In this document: positions 13,932 through 29,396 of the stretch, piece after piece
Layout of the letters: each line of letters starts with the position of its first letter
Numbering within the stretch: the stretch's first letter is position 1
DNA from: Octopus bimaculoides
Lineage: Eukaryota
Length of the DNA stretch: 64,000 bases
Direction: 5' to 3'
Assembly (NCBI RefSeq): GCF_001194135.2
Contig: NC_068990.1
Location: 6,239,501-6,303,500 of the forward strand
The notes under the pieces: model-generated
Told to the model about the DNA's origin: nothing
What the model saw: the letters and a program-made list of their open reading frames with translations, nothing else
Databases searched by the model: none
Program-made: the position numbers and the translations under genes

Positions 13932-16597
13932 TATATGCAAAAATATATATAGTCATATGAAGGTTATAGCAAGTCATACAAAACTGGGAATAATTTTTTA
14001 ACTGACAAAATGCACATACTGGTAGAATATCTGCAGCAACCCTTCTTCCTGTTCTTCTTCACTGTAAGCAAATAATGGTTTCATGCAAAAGCAGTATGCT
14101 GCCATTGAATTCTTGACAAAGAAGGCTAGCAAGCTGTTTGACATCCACAGAAGGCTACACGTTGCTTATAGAGACAACATCACTGACAAGAGCAATGAAC
14201 ACAAATAGGTGAAGCTTAAAGAAAGAGGAAATTAGCATTGACGACAAACCATGCAGTGGGAGACCATCGACTACAACTACTGACACAGATCACCAGCAAC
14301 TGGATGATTTGATTCACAGGTAAAGATGAGTCAGAATCCATGAGCTCGTGCCACCTGAACTGTGGTTACAGAGCATTACAGAAGATGATGAAAGTCTTTG
14401 GGTATTGGAAAGTGTACTTTGGTAGTTGATGCCAGATTTGAAGGAAAGAAGAAAGGAAGTCTGCTTTGATCTGCTGAAAGCATTCGAAGCCAATGAAGAT
14501 GTGACCCCTCCCCCCATTGCCATCTAGTGACGGGATGAAATGTAAGTGAATCATTATGACCATGAAGTAAAGGCTCAGTCCCTGGAATGATATCACATCT
14601 CTTTTCCAAGGTCCAAGAAATTCAAAAGCCAGCAAGCAGCGGAGGCATGGTGACTGTTTGAGGGGACAACAAGGGAGTTGTCTTTTCTGGAATGTGGCTA
14701 AACAGTGAGTTGTACACTGAGACACTCAAAGGTCTTAGAGAAACTGCAAGGATGAAGAAACTGAACAACAAACGGAACATCATCCCCATTCACCATTACA
14801 AAGCATGAACACATATCTTTGACAAGAAATCAGGAGATTGGCAAATTGAGCTGGTCAATAATTCTGCATCCACTGTACAGCCAGGATATGGTATATGGTA
14901 CCCTCCAACTTCCACCTATTTGGGTCAATGAAAAATAGTCTTCAAGGACAACAATTTGATGACACAAATGAGGTGAAAGTGGTCGTGAAAAAGTAAATAC
15001 AACAGGGCACACCTATATATTTCTGAAGAGGATTCAAAAGTTAGGTTCAGTGATGGTGCAAATGCATCACTTGTGATGGAGATATGTTTAATAGTACTTT
15101 TGTACAGAGAAAGAATCACTCTATCAATATCATTTAATAAGAAATTCATGCCCAATACTTTTGGGAAAACGCTTATGTACATACAAATATATATACACAC
15201 ATGCACACAAAAATATGCAAACATACACGTGTGTATGTATGTACACACATACACACACACACTCTCTCTTCGGCACACCAATAAATGTAATGCAACAAAT
15301 GTATATGCCACATATAGAATTTGAAGAGCAGCTCCACACTACATGCAATTAAGTGGAGAATAGTTGAGGAATCCATGCCATATGTTAATGGATCCAACAA
15401 ATGCAACTTATGCATAGCAGGAAGATCTCATATTCTTCTTAAATCCAGCAATTCCAACACACTGCTTAATTCCAGAGCAGGTGTAAACACATGAACAGGT
15501 TTCTTTTATTGACATGGAGGACACCACCCACACTAGATTGAGTTGCTGTCTTGCAGACTTCAACAAATTTTCAACTGTTTTGTTCTATACCAATTGTATT
15601 TAATGTGCTTTCTGCAATCAGAGAGGCTGAGGATCTTAGTTTTCTTCATTTCATTTCTTTTTTCTTGTTTCATTTTATTGCACCAACCTTCTACATGTTT
15701 TTACCATATTTTTTTCTTATTTTCCCACTGTCCAGCATCCTTGGTTTTTTAAATATATATAATGCATAAACAGAGCCTGAAAGATTGCTTGGAGATGTGT
15801 GGCATATTTTTAAAATATGCCTGTTCAAGTATCATAAAAGCATGAAACTATAGCAACTTGCTGAGGCAATCACAAAAAGCTGTCAAGACCAAATGCCCGG
15901 GAAAACTAACAAAATGGGTCTTGTTTCATCAGAACAATTCTTCAGCACAAAAGTTCTTGGTTTCAATGGCTGCTGTTTGTGACTGTGGCTTTGAACTGGT
16001 TGATCCTCCCCCTTGTTCTCCTAATTAGGCCCCATCTGACTACCATTTGTTCCCCAACATGAAAAAGCACTTGGTTGGGAACCAGTGTTGCAGTGATGAT
16101 GACATCATATCTGCTGTTGATGACTTTTCTGACCAACAGGATGAAAGCTTCTTCATCAATTTGTTTTTTTATATATTTTCTACAATCCTGGTTTCCCTTT
16201 CTTACTTCTCTTTTTTGCATGGGAGAGTCTCAGGTTGTTTTCAGTCTCTGAAAGTGCCTCCTCACTTTCGTTGAGTTGTCTGTTTAAGTGATTTGAGATC
16301 ACTTAAATGAATTCTCCTGTCTCTAAGAAAAATGGAATAGATTTAATGCATATGGCTTGTATTAACTTAAATTCTTTGTTTCATGTCATTATCTTCGCTT
16401 CAGATTAATGTTGCTTCAGGATCATTTTTGAACCAACTTCCAACCAGTTTTGTAGAAATTTAGGCTGATGTTGGTTTGTTTACATCCTCATAACTTAATA
16501 GTCAGAAGAGACAGATAAGCTTAGAAAAAATTGTGTGTGTGTGTGTGTTTATATGTGTGTGTGTTTATATGTGTGTGTGTGTGTGTGTATGTGTGTG

Positions 16598-16656
<59 letters not shown>

Positions 16657-17834
16657 GTGTGTGTATATATATAAATGTGAATAAAAATCTAAATTGAAAG
16701 AATGAAAGAGGTAAAATCCAGGATACATATGTCTCCTAGCTAGCAGAACCTTGGAAGTAATAATTATTGTACAAGGGATACTCCACTAGCTACTAATCAG
16801 GCCGAAGATACCTTAGTTAAATGAAGGTTACATTGTCATCAAGAGATCCGAAGTTGACTCACAGGATATGTGACTTAAAATGAGTCGTGTAGCTGGAGAA
16901 ACGGGTGAAAAAACAAAAGAGAAAAACATATGTATGAAGAAATAAAATATGGGAGTAGGCAATAGTCTAAAGTTGTTAAGAATAATGAAAAGGAGAGGGG
17001 GAAGAAAGGGGGGAATTTTGATTAGATTGAAGCTGATTAAGGGAAGGTCATTGTGAATGTAAGCTGGGGTCGTTTACTATGTCAATGGTAAATAAGTAAA
17101 TATATTGTCATACCCAAGTATAAATAGAATCAGAGAAAAGAAAAAAAGAAGAATTTTTAGAAGTAAAATTGTCAGGAGAAAAAAAGGAAGACCATATTTA
17201 GGAGTGAGAGTAAGGTGGATTTGCTAGAAGAAAGGGGGAAAGAGGAGAGCGGAGATGAATTTATCAGTCATTATTTTTATATCTGTAACTTTGATAGGTT
17301 TCGGCCAGTATTGACCCAGGCCATGTCTAACTTAATAGCACCATATTATTAATATTATACATATATATATATATATAATACAAAGAATATATATGCATGT
17401 ATACCCACATATATGTACATACTTACATCTACATGTGTATATAGATGCATATCAGGGTACAGGACGTTAGAACAATGAACTACAGATAACGGAACGAACA
17501 CATAGGAAAACAGATAGCCACTTGGAAGTAATCCTTCATCAGCTGCCTCTATTCTAACTAGACGTTTCGAAGATAGTATATATATATATATATATATATA
17601 ATACAAAATGGGATAAGAACGCAAAACATCCAGACAGGTGATACAAGAAAGGGACAACAAAACATCCAGATAGATGATACAAAGAAAACAAGGACAGGTC
17701 AAAATTATATATATGCACACAAATATCGAATGATGAGAATGATTGCAACACCACATTGGTGGATAGATTTTCTTTATTGTGTATTAAGGCTACCTTTCAT
17801 TTCATGTTAAGAAGAATATCTTAATATCCTAACA

Positions 17835-17866
<32 letters not shown>

Positions 17867-19642
17867 ATGTGAAGATTTGTATGTTTTGCTTTATGTATGT
17901 ATTCTCATGCATATAGTTGCATATCTAAAAATGCTCATATATATTTAAATGATAAACTTCTGGAAAGTTTTACAGATTTTTACAGTTCCGGTGATAGATT
18001 GGATCTGTAGTCTTCAAATTAGCTTTCTTCTTTCTGGTTTTGAGAAGCCTAATTTCTCAAGATTGGTATCTAGGCAGTGTGTTTACATATCCCAGGGCTC
18101 CAATAATTACAGGTATAAACCTGAACTTGTTATCTGGATAGAGTAACTGCAGATTTCTCAATAGTTCAGTGTAGGTGTTCTCTTTTTCACTGATCTTCAG
18201 CTTTATGTTAACATCCACTGGGCAGCTAATTTCCACAACTGTGCACAGTTTCTCTTCTCTATTCCAAATCATTATATCAGGTCTGTTGTGCTTACATTTG
18301 ATTGAGGTCTTCACTGAGACATTCCACCAGTATTCCTTTTTACCATGGGTGGCTATGGCTTCTACCATACTGTGGGTTCTTATTTCTTTGTCCTTGGGGT
18401 TATACTTCCGACAGATTTCATTACAGAGTGTCCTAGCTACAACATGTATGCATGTATCATCCTGTATTGTGTAAGCATCAAATAAAGATGTGAATTCTCC
18501 ATTCTTGTTTTTGTTGTTATATACTCTGAAAGTCTTGAAATTCTTCTAAGCTCGATTTGGATTTACTTATCATACACAGGAAATTTCTTTGAATGTTAAC
18601 TCTATTTGAATTTATTGGTATCTGATTGTTTCATGTAGTTAACCAAGTTCACTTAACCACTGAGTGATTTCCAGATATCTGCCTTCATTTATGAATCCCT
18701 TTTTCTTATTATTATATACTCAATTATTCTCTTTGTATACAAGTGCTTATGGCAGATTATCTATGAAATGGAAAAATCTTTAAAGGGCATATCCCTACCA
18801 CCTCCAAAGGGATATATGAAAATCTTATTGATAAGAATAATTTACTTATTCACTGAATGAGATAGTGTATGTACCACCATAAAATAACTTCTGAAGCCCT
18901 ATAAAATAACTATAAAATAACTTTTGAGGCAAAGTTATTTAATATTAACTTAATAGTGAAGGAAATAGATGAAGATTTCCAAGTGGAAGATCAGACAGGA
19001 CCTTACATGCCCCAAACCCCCAGAATAAACTTAAAGGACTGTAAACTTAACTTTACTATCAATCAACAAGTTAAACTAATTTGTCCCGCCAAATTGGATA
19101 TTGGTAAAAGTGGTAAATTTATTTTTGATAAGAATATTCCTAAGCTCTAAGGAGTCTATAGATATGAATAACTTTAAGCATAAGAATTATGAGAGAACAT
19201 CTAATTTTAGAATTTGAATAAAGAATTACAAACATGTTGATAATGTTAATATTACGAAAAAAGTCTTATGTAAATAATAGAAAGGCTAAATCAAGGAATA
19301 TTATCTGGTGTAATACACCATTCACATCTTACATAATTACTAATATCCCTTGGAAATTCTTTGCAGCACAGGACAAATATTTTCCCACCTTCAAGTAAAT
19401 ATAGAAAATTATTTAATCATCGTAAAGTAAAATTTCCCTATTCAACCATCAGAAATTTGGTTGAAATTATAGCAGCACAAAAGAAAAGTAAAATTAGACA
19501 CTATCTTAATTCAAAATTGGGAAACAAGAGTAGGACTAATAGGATCGATTGTGAGAGAAACTCTAATGCTAATTTTCCTGAACTAGTTTATATCTCTAGG
19601 TATGATAATGATAATAATAATAGTAGTAGTAGTAGTAGTAGC

Positions 19643-19673
<31 letters not shown>

Positions 19674-22278
19674 ATAGCAGTAGTAGTGACAATAATGATA
19701 ATAATGATTTCAAATTTTGGCACAAGGGAGGGAATAAGCTGATTACATCAACCCCAGAGATCAGCTAGTACTTATTTCATCGACCCCCAAGAGGATAAAA
19801 GACAAAGTCAACTTCAGTGGAATTTGAACTCAAAATGAACAGATGGGCAGAATGTCATTAAGCATTTTGCCTGGTATGCTAATGATTCTGCCAACTCACT
19901 GCCTTAGATAATGATGATGATGATGATCATCATCATCATCATCATCATCGTTTAACGTCCGCTTTCCATGCTAGCATGGGTTGGACGATTTGACTGAGGA
20001 CCGGTGAAACCGGATGGCAACACCAGGCTCCAGTCCGATTTGGCAGAGTTTCTACAGCTGGATGCCCTTCCTAACGCCAACCACTCAGAGAGTGTAGTGG
20101 GTGCTTTTACGTGTCACCCGCACGAAAACGGCCACGCTCGAAATGGTGTCTTTTATGTGCCACCCACACAAGCCAGTCCAGGGGCACTGGCAACGATCTC
20201 GCTCGAAAATCCTACAGGAGCCAGTCAGGCGGTACTGGCAACGGCCACGCTCAAAATGGTGCATCTCATGTGCCACCCGCACAAGAACCAGTCCAGGGGC
20301 ACTGGCAACGATCTTACTTGGCTTGCCGGGTCTTCTCACGCACAGCCCATGATGATGATGATAATAATAATAATAACAGTAATAATAATGGTAATGGTGA
20401 AAATAGTAATAGTACTAATGATGATAATAAAGGTAGTAATAATCTTGACTCTATGTACACATAAATAATAATTTTGATCCAAATTTAGTTGAAATAACTC
20501 ATCATGCTTTTGATACTTTAGATGATGGTACTTCCAATGATAGACCCTTTAAGATATCACCTAATAATAATATTGATTATAATACTGCTAATAATCTTGT
20601 TTTAACAACTAATTCTGGAAGCAGAGTCAATACTAATTCTCTTAACCAGGAGTGCTATATGTGAGTGAATAAACACCTTTGTAATTTCAAAAACAAACTT
20701 ATGTGTCCTTCAGAAAACTACTGTTTAAAGAAGAATATGATATATCAATGTATTGTAACTGTAGGTATCATTACATAGGTTCTACTACCATCTGGAAATG
20801 TAGATTACATAACCATTCTTCTTCATTCAAGTTTAGGAGACTATGTGATTTTATGAATTTTAGTAAATGCATTTGGGATTTGAAAGACAAGAACATTAAC
20901 TACAATATAATGTTGTCCATTACTAATTATGCTCCATCACTAATACTAATAACTTTAAATGTGAAATTTGCCTAAAGGAAATGTATATTCACTTCACAAT
21001 TAAAATTAATAAATTGTAAAACCAGCCATATGATGAAATGTTTCCATAAGCATAGAAAAACTTAAGCTAAAAGCATGTGATTATTATAAAATGAACTTCT
21101 TAACCACACAGCAATACCTGTGCCTCCATATAAACATGTACACAAACACACACACACATGTAAATCATCATCATCATCCTTTAACCTTTGCTTTCCATGC
21201 TGGCATGGGTCGGATGGTTTGACCAGGGCTGGCCAGCTGCAGAACTGCACCAGGTTCCAGTATGATTCGGCTTGGTTTTTATGGCTGGATACCCTTCCTA
21301 ATTCCAACCACTTTACAGAGTGTGCCAGGGGTTTTTATGTGGCATCAGCATGGGAGTTATTATGTGGTGTCTGCACAAGTGCTTTCCATGTGGCACTGGC
21401 ACAGGGCTCTTGCAGACCAATCCTCTTTGGCAGGGATGGATGGGTGGCATTAACTCTTTAGCTGTGGAGGATAGGTCTTCTTGAGTATAGCAAGGTGCCA
21501 GACATCTTGGTCCCTTAATAATCCCCTCTATCAGGTTCAGTGACATGAGATCATCTTTCAGTACTTTATCCCATGTCTTCCTGGGTCTCCTTTGAGATAC
21601 CAGAACTTCTTTATGGAGCTGTTGACATCCATCAGCAACATATGACCAAACCAGTGCAGCCTTCTGTCTTGAACACTGCATCTAATTCCTCTTATGCCTA
21701 ACTTTTTTCTCAACACATTCGTACTTAGTGTGCACATGTACACTTACATTACACATCCAGTGGAGCACACTAGCCTCATTCCACTCTACCCTTCACATGT
21801 CCTCTGCATTCAGAGCCCACATCTTACTACCATGTAAAATTGCTGTTGATATACATACGCCATACAATCTTCCTTTCACTTGAAGAGAGAGAGAGCTTTG
21901 GTTGCCAACAGAAGTAAAAGCTACCTGAATTCTCTTCACCCTTTTCTTATTCTAGTTATTACACTTTCTAAACACCCTCCCCTACTATTAATTTGGTTTC
22001 ATGAAACATATGTAGCCTAGATTTTATCTACTCCATTCCCTAAATAGGGATCTTTATTTGTATACACAGCAACCCTAGTTGCTAACTGTGAACAACAAAA
22101 TAACTTTTTTCAGCTTATCAAACTTCGATGTGGGGAAAATTTACAACCTTCTATGTCAATAAACCACTTATAGTTCCTGAAAGTTGTTTTTTTATACACT
22201 TCTAAGGACTGCTTACTAACTTCCTACACCTTGATCCTTGGATCTTACCTTTACATATATTTATATATATATTTACAT

Positions 22279-22323
<45 letters not shown>

Positions 22324-22329
22324 CATGCA

Positions 22330-22373
<44 letters not shown>

Positions 22374-25300
22374 AATATCTATTTACACACAGACACACTT
22401 GTGTGTGTGTGTGTGTGTATCTGCAAAAGAGAGAAATGAAAAATGCAATTGCACACTACGTACTTTTCCTAAGTGGATAAAAAAAAAATCATATTATGAG
22501 TTATTAAAACTACTTCATAGTTAATGAAGCTCACCTGTTCGTCAGGTGCAAACTACCAGGTACTCAATTGTTTGTCAAAATAATCATCCAAGGATTATGA
22601 GATAGAAAGAAGATACACACTTAGTCAACCATAGTGGTAAGTCGTTTCAGTAAACAGGCAATCACATGTTTCCTTCATAGAATACACGACACAGAAGCAG
22701 GTGTTGTCTCAAGAATACAATTCATTATCCACATCATTAACTTTATGGTATGCAGTATATACGAGGTGATAATGGTTTACAATCCTCAAAGCGGTTGAAC
22801 CCAGAGAAGAAACATATCAAGTGGACACTATGCCAAAGAATTTTTGAACACACAAGAAGAGAGCATTTGTAAATTAGAGTAGATAAAATGAGTAACAAAG
22901 AATAACAAAAGAAGGATTTAGAAAAAATATGTTAATAGCAAAAGTCATTAATAATAAAAACACAAATAAAATAAACTAAAATAACATAGAAACATATATA
23001 CACAAATACATACAAACGTGTGTGTGTATGAATAAATAGTATCAAAAGTCATTGAGCATAAAAGCAGAATTAAAGTAAAACAATAGAAATTAAATAAATA
23101 CCATGCGTAAGAAACAATAAAAAATCAACTCATATATATACATATATACATATATATGTGTGCAAAAAATAAGTAAGAATAAAAAAAAGAAAAGAAAAGA
23201 AAACAGAAGGAAAAATAACATATAAGATATAAAATACAATGAAAAATAAAAGTATATCTGACAGAGAAGTGTACATAACTGAGGGAAGAAGCAAAATATT
23301 TAAGAGCAAGCTATAAGGAGAAAGATACAAGAGACTAACAGTGAAATCTGAAACTAAAGCTGGTAGAATGTCCTTTATCTAAAAGAATTTCTGAGTTAAG
23401 GAGGAGTACAGTACATTATTCAAACAGTTGATTGTCTGATGTGTGATATTGTATAGTTGTTCCAACTTCTCACATACTTAGCAATTTAAGTTGCTTCTGA
23501 ACTGGAGTTGTATAGCATCTGTAATCAGGGTTACTTTTTCACTTTTGATTTCGACGAAATGTATTTGATGTATTAATAAATTTTTATTCACTGATCATGG
23601 TTTCCTTTGAGCATTTTATATTTGCCTATGTGAGATGCTAACTAGCCATGGACCATGACAGGGATGCTGTCAATAAAGTGAAAGTCGGCAATGAGTATAG
23701 CAAAGAATTTAGTATACAGGAAAGGAGTTCACCAAGGACCAGTTCTCAGCTCTCTCTTGTTAACCATAATCCCCAAGCCATAACAGAGGAATTTAAGATT
23801 GGTAGCCCTTGGGAGCTCCTCTACACTAATGACCTTGTTCTTATTGCTGAATCACTACAAGAACTAAAGAAATTTCAGGTATGGAAGCAAGGTCTGGAAT
23901 CTAAGGGCCTTAGAGTTAATTTAGCAAAGATCAAAGTCCTATTATGTAGGAAAACAGACAAATCACTGACCCTTTCGGGGAGATGGCCCTGCCCGATATA
24001 TAGAAAAAGTATTGGTAGAAACTCCATGTGGTATACCCTTTGCAAGCTATGGATACATAAGAGGTGCAGTAGTATCATAGGAAGGTCAACAGACAAAGTA
24101 GTCTTTGTGTGTGGCAGATGTGCAGGTACAATAAACACTAGGAATGTACAGAAAATAGATTCCATCAAATGTCCAGGTGGATCCTTAGAAGTAGTATTTA
24201 GTTTCCGTTACCTAGGCAACCAAGTTAGCAGCAGAGGAGGAAGCTCTGAGTAAGGATAGACTAGGCAAAGTTCAAAGAGCTGCTACCTTTGTTGGTAACA
24301 AAGGGCCTCTCCCTCAAGATGAAAAGCAGATTGTATGATCCCTGTGTGTGAACAGCTATGCTACATGGCAGTGAAACATGGACTGTGACTACGGGGGACT
24401 TCAATGCCATAGCAACCACCCTTGCCATCTTGTCCAGTTTTAGGCTTCCTCTCTTCTCAAACCAACTCTCCCAATCTCTCCTTTCACCTGTCCCCTCCAC
24501 GTTTTCCTCGGTCTACCTCTCTTTCTCAGTCCATTTACCTCAAACTCAAGCACCCTCCTCAGAACATGCTCCTCATCCCTCCTCAACACATGCCCATACC
24601 ACCACACTCCATTCACCCTTGCCAGCTATTCCACTGATTCCTCCAGCCCCAGCATCCCCATCAAATCCTCAGTCCTCCTCTTATCAAACAGCTTCACACC
24701 ACACATTTCTCTCAGTCCTTCCCAAAATTGTCATCTCTCTCCCCATCAGACACCATGTCCCATACAGCATTGCAGCTCTCCTGCCACAAAGTGTAAATGA
24801 TTTAAGAAGAAAATTAGGTACAAGAGGCATCAGATGTTGTGTGCAAGAGAGAAGATTGTACTCGTATGGTCATGTGAGGCATATGGATGAAGACATCTGC
24901 ATCAAGAAGTGGCAGTCTCTAACTGTGGAGGGAAACAATGGAAGGGGTAGGCCCAGGAAAATGTGGGATGAAGTGGTGCAAAAGGATCTTCAGGTATTGA
25001 GCCTCTCTGAGGAGATGACAAGGGATTGAGACTTCTGGTGATTTGCTGTACTTGAGAAGACACATCAAGCTAAGTAAAATTGTGGCCATCCATACATATA
25101 GACATGTACAATCTGACCATTACTCCCTTCCTCCTCATACACACATAATTCTGTCCTCTGGCAAAACTCACCCACAACCATCTCCCCCACCCCTCACTTG
25201 TTATCTCTAAATATTTCTCAACACACTCTTATGGCACATCTCTGTCCCATTTGTGCTACTTATACTCTACCCCCACTGTTCCTTGTGGGCAGGCCCTACC

Positions 25301-28300
25301 TCACTCTGTTGCCACCCAAAATCCTCCTAATGATACTCACTTCTCAAGTAAATGCATTCATATGCTGTCCTTTGCCTACCTTGGCTTTGGTTTTACATTT
25401 GATGTTGTGCCCAAATTCTCAGGGAATAGCTGTTTTTCTATAAGTATCCTACAAACTAAGCTACAGAAGAAAATAAAAACCTAAATGGAATTTATAACTT
25501 CTTGAAATGAATACACAACATGCACATATACTAATAGAAGCAGAATCTTCTTGAATCAGTCCTCTAAGTTTTCCACTGTTAATTATTCCATTGATTATTT
25601 GATGTGTTTGAATAATCAGGAACAAGAAACTTACAAGGAATCAAAAAGCTTCGGTTTCTTATAAAATATACAAACTCTACTGTATGTATCAAGTATTTTT
25701 CTTCGTATGTATGTAAACACAAACGTTCATCAATCCACACACACAAACACACATTCACTTTCACTTTCTCTCTCTCTCTCTCTAACACACACACACACAC
25801 AATCTTTTATGTATTATTTCTTTACTACCCACAAGGGGCTACACACAGAGGGGAAAAACAAGGACAGACAAAAGGATTAAGTTACATCGACCCCAGTGCA
25901 TAACTGGTACTTAATTTGTCGACCCCGAAAGGATGAAAGGCAAAGTCGACCTCGGCGGAATTTGAACTCAGAACGTAACAGCAGACGAAATACTGCTAAG
26001 CATTTCGCCTGGCGTGCTAACATCTCTGCCAGTTCACTGCCTTTCTTTTTTAATGTATGCATTTATGCAAATGTGGAAGGACATAAAATGTAAATAACAA
26101 ATGTCACTTTAACTGACATCTCTGTTGCCACCCAAAAACTTTCTAATGATATTCACTTCTCAAGTTAATGCTTTCACATGCTGTGTTTTGTCTGCCTTTG
26201 CTTTGGTTCTATATTTGATGTTATGCCCAAATCTTAAGATAATACCAAAGGAGATGAGTCTGAGTACCACCTAGCCCTCACATTTTAATTCTCTTTCCTG
26301 TAAATTTGCACTGTTAAAAAAAATTAAACATATATTTATCATTCAATCTTAGTTTATTCATTCCTAAAAGAAAAACATAAATTTTAATTCAATATACTAA
26401 AATTATTTCATTAAAATAGATTTAAAAATAGATAAATAAATGCTGCAGTTTTTGTGTGAAATTTACCATTTTTTTACATCATAAATTTAACTTTTATAAA
26501 TGCTTGTTTTTTCATGTATCTTCATGTACACGTATAAGATTGCATAGCATATGTTGATTACTTACTAAGTTTTAAGGCTTCAGTTTTATAGAAGAAGCCA
26601 TAAAAAGTGGTTAAAGGATGTCAGTGATAGAAGTTGAAAAAGATACAACAGAACAACAACTGAAAGGGAGTCACAGGTTCAGCTCACTGGAAATTATGGT
26701 AATGACCATACTTTGGTAATACATATTGTTTTCATTTGATTAGAAACAAGGCTAAAATTGTGCAAGAAATTCAGCATGCAATGGTGATATATCAGTGTTA
26801 TTTATTTTAGTAACTTTGACTGAATTGCAAAGGTAAAGCTGGTGGATTTTGAACATAAAACAATGACAATAACAGCACTTGGTATAAATTAAGAGCTAAA
26901 ATCTGCAATATTATATTATGAATATTGTTGAGATGTAAAGAGAAGCACTTAAACGAATCTCTCTCCTCTGTATATGTACATGCGCGCATGTGTGTGTGTG
27001 TGTGTGATTCTCTAATTTTCTAATTATCTCTTATTCACTACATAAGTTAGTAAAAATAGGAAGAAAATATATTTTAGAATCAACAGCTACATTGAAGAGT
27101 TCTACCTAAAAGATATCAAAACATAACATCAAACTCTTTGAAAATAACTATTCAATAGGACTGACCCAATATTGAAAGAATCACATCAAATATCCATATT
27201 TTGGTATTTGCACTAAATCAAAAATACAAGAGTAGACAGCCAATAAGTATCTTGAAAGATCATTGAATGTAGAGGCAGATTATAAAATGTCTAAGAGTCA
27301 AGAAAATGCTCAAAGGAAGTAAGGAAATGGCTCACTGTCCAGGAAGTTAGTGCAGCAGAATCTTTAGACTGCCACAAGTATATGATATGACAGAAAACGC
27401 AGAATGGTTTACCTGCATTGCTGGCTTCATTAGTTTTGACGGAAAGCTGTTGCATTTCCTTGCGCAAGTCTTCATCATCAATCGTGCTGTTGGCAAAGGA
27501 ATCACTGATGAATTCATTATCATGAGGTGGATTTTCAATAGCCAAATCCTCATCCTTCTGGGCAGGGGCATTGGTTGTCTGGGGGGAAGTAAACATTTGT
27601 GGGGAAGACCGCTCTGCAAAAAAAAAATTTGTTTTTTTTCTCTTTAAAGTAAGATTAAAATATATTTAATTTTAGGGACAGTAGTTGGTGATGTGTGAGG
27701 GAAGAAATAAAGAAAGATAACTTAATTCCATAAACTATCAGTGATGCATAATAGAAACCAAGTATTCTAATGGGAAGTAGAAATAGGAAAAATCTGAAGA
27801 TTAAAAAAAAAGATTTGTAAATAGATTTTATTTCCAAAGTCAAATAATGAGATCAAGACCACATTAAAGATCTTTTAGAAAGAAGAATTGAAAGATTGAG
27901 GAATTTTTTCACATGTGTATTTGAAGCATAGTTTGAAATATGTGTGCGTGAGTGTGTACACACACACACAACTATAGTTGGTTGAAGTGTGGGGATATTT
28001 TTAGTAAGTAGTCTAATGGGAAGTAGAAGTAGAAAATAAAATTACTAATACACTTCAATGCCTACCACATAAAACATATAGCAGAAAATGAGATATTATT
28101 GTCACATCTTTCATTGGTCAAAGAAATACATAATTCTTTTGAAAACTTTACAAGAGCATTACTCTGGTTTTCTCACAGAATTTATCAGATAGCTCATGCT
28201 CATGCCTAAGTGTGTTTTGAAATTATGATTGTTTAAATCAAACAAGCCATTTAACAGATATTTAAATTTTGATGGCTTTTCATGTATTAAGCAATGCTTA

Positions 28301-28511
28301 TTGTTGAGTCTGCATTCTGAGATCAACTTGCTTTTGGTTCGATATTTTGTATATTATATTGTTTTTTCTATTAGACAAAAGTTTATTTTTAGGAGAAAGT
28401 CTTGAAAGATTTTGAAAGCAATGCTATATCTCTCCATTATGCAGTATTACTTTAATACATATTTAAATATTCTGTGACATTCATGCATATGTGTATGTCC
28501 AACCATATATA

Positions 28512-28564
<53 letters not shown>

Positions 28565-29363
28565 GCAGTTGTAGGATTCATTAGAATATAGGTATTTCTA
28601 TGTGTCGGATGCCAAAGAAGGCTGGGTACTGAGCTTACAATATTCAGTTGTCATTAGCTGGCTGTATGGTGCAAGCATGCATATACATATCCACAAGTCA
28701 GTTACTTATCTTGCTATGAACTTAGCAAGCTGATCAACTTAAATTCTCTACCTACCTATGTAATTGTTTGTTAAAAATCACTTGATGGCGACAGATTATT
28801 GTCATGGGGTAATTGAAGCATTTTCATTAATATGATGCTGCTGAAACAACTGTTGTAAATTTTTAAATTCCACTTGGATTCTCCTTTTATATCTTCCTAT
28901 ATGTTGAATGCATTCATTATACTTATATTTACAAATGTATTTACCTTCTTAGATTGATCTGACTTTGTTGATATCGCCTAAGGAAATGGTAGTTATGCAA
29001 TAGTGTGAAGTTATGTAATAGCATCATTGAATAAATGATGACACTACTGAAATGTGTACAGTGATGGGTTGAGCTGTTCATTTTTCTTTCTTTACTACAT
29101 GATACAACTACACAATGTGTTGCAATTATCTCATTGATACATAAATGGTTTTACAGTCGAATGGTTAGGAATATTTATGCATTCTTTTGAGGTACCCTGT
29201 TAGTCTGATATGCATGGAACAGCTACAAATTTAACTGTCAAAATCTTTTTGATCCCCACTACTTATATATATATATAACTCCATCATCATCATCATTTTC
29301 ATCATCATCAGCATTTAACATCCTTTTAAATAATGATGATGATGTTGATATACAAATATATAC

Positions 29364-29396
<33 letters not shown>

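Noticed and set aside
22540-22860. Possible further PLE GIY-YIG relics (also ~23350-23560 and ~40650-40900)
   Set aside because: Only scattered residues match and frames are too broken to support a call without a profile search.
24358-25029. 223-aa Pro/Ser/His-rich ORF
   Set aside because: It is the antisense reading of a nested RTE fragment flanked by host RTE sequence.
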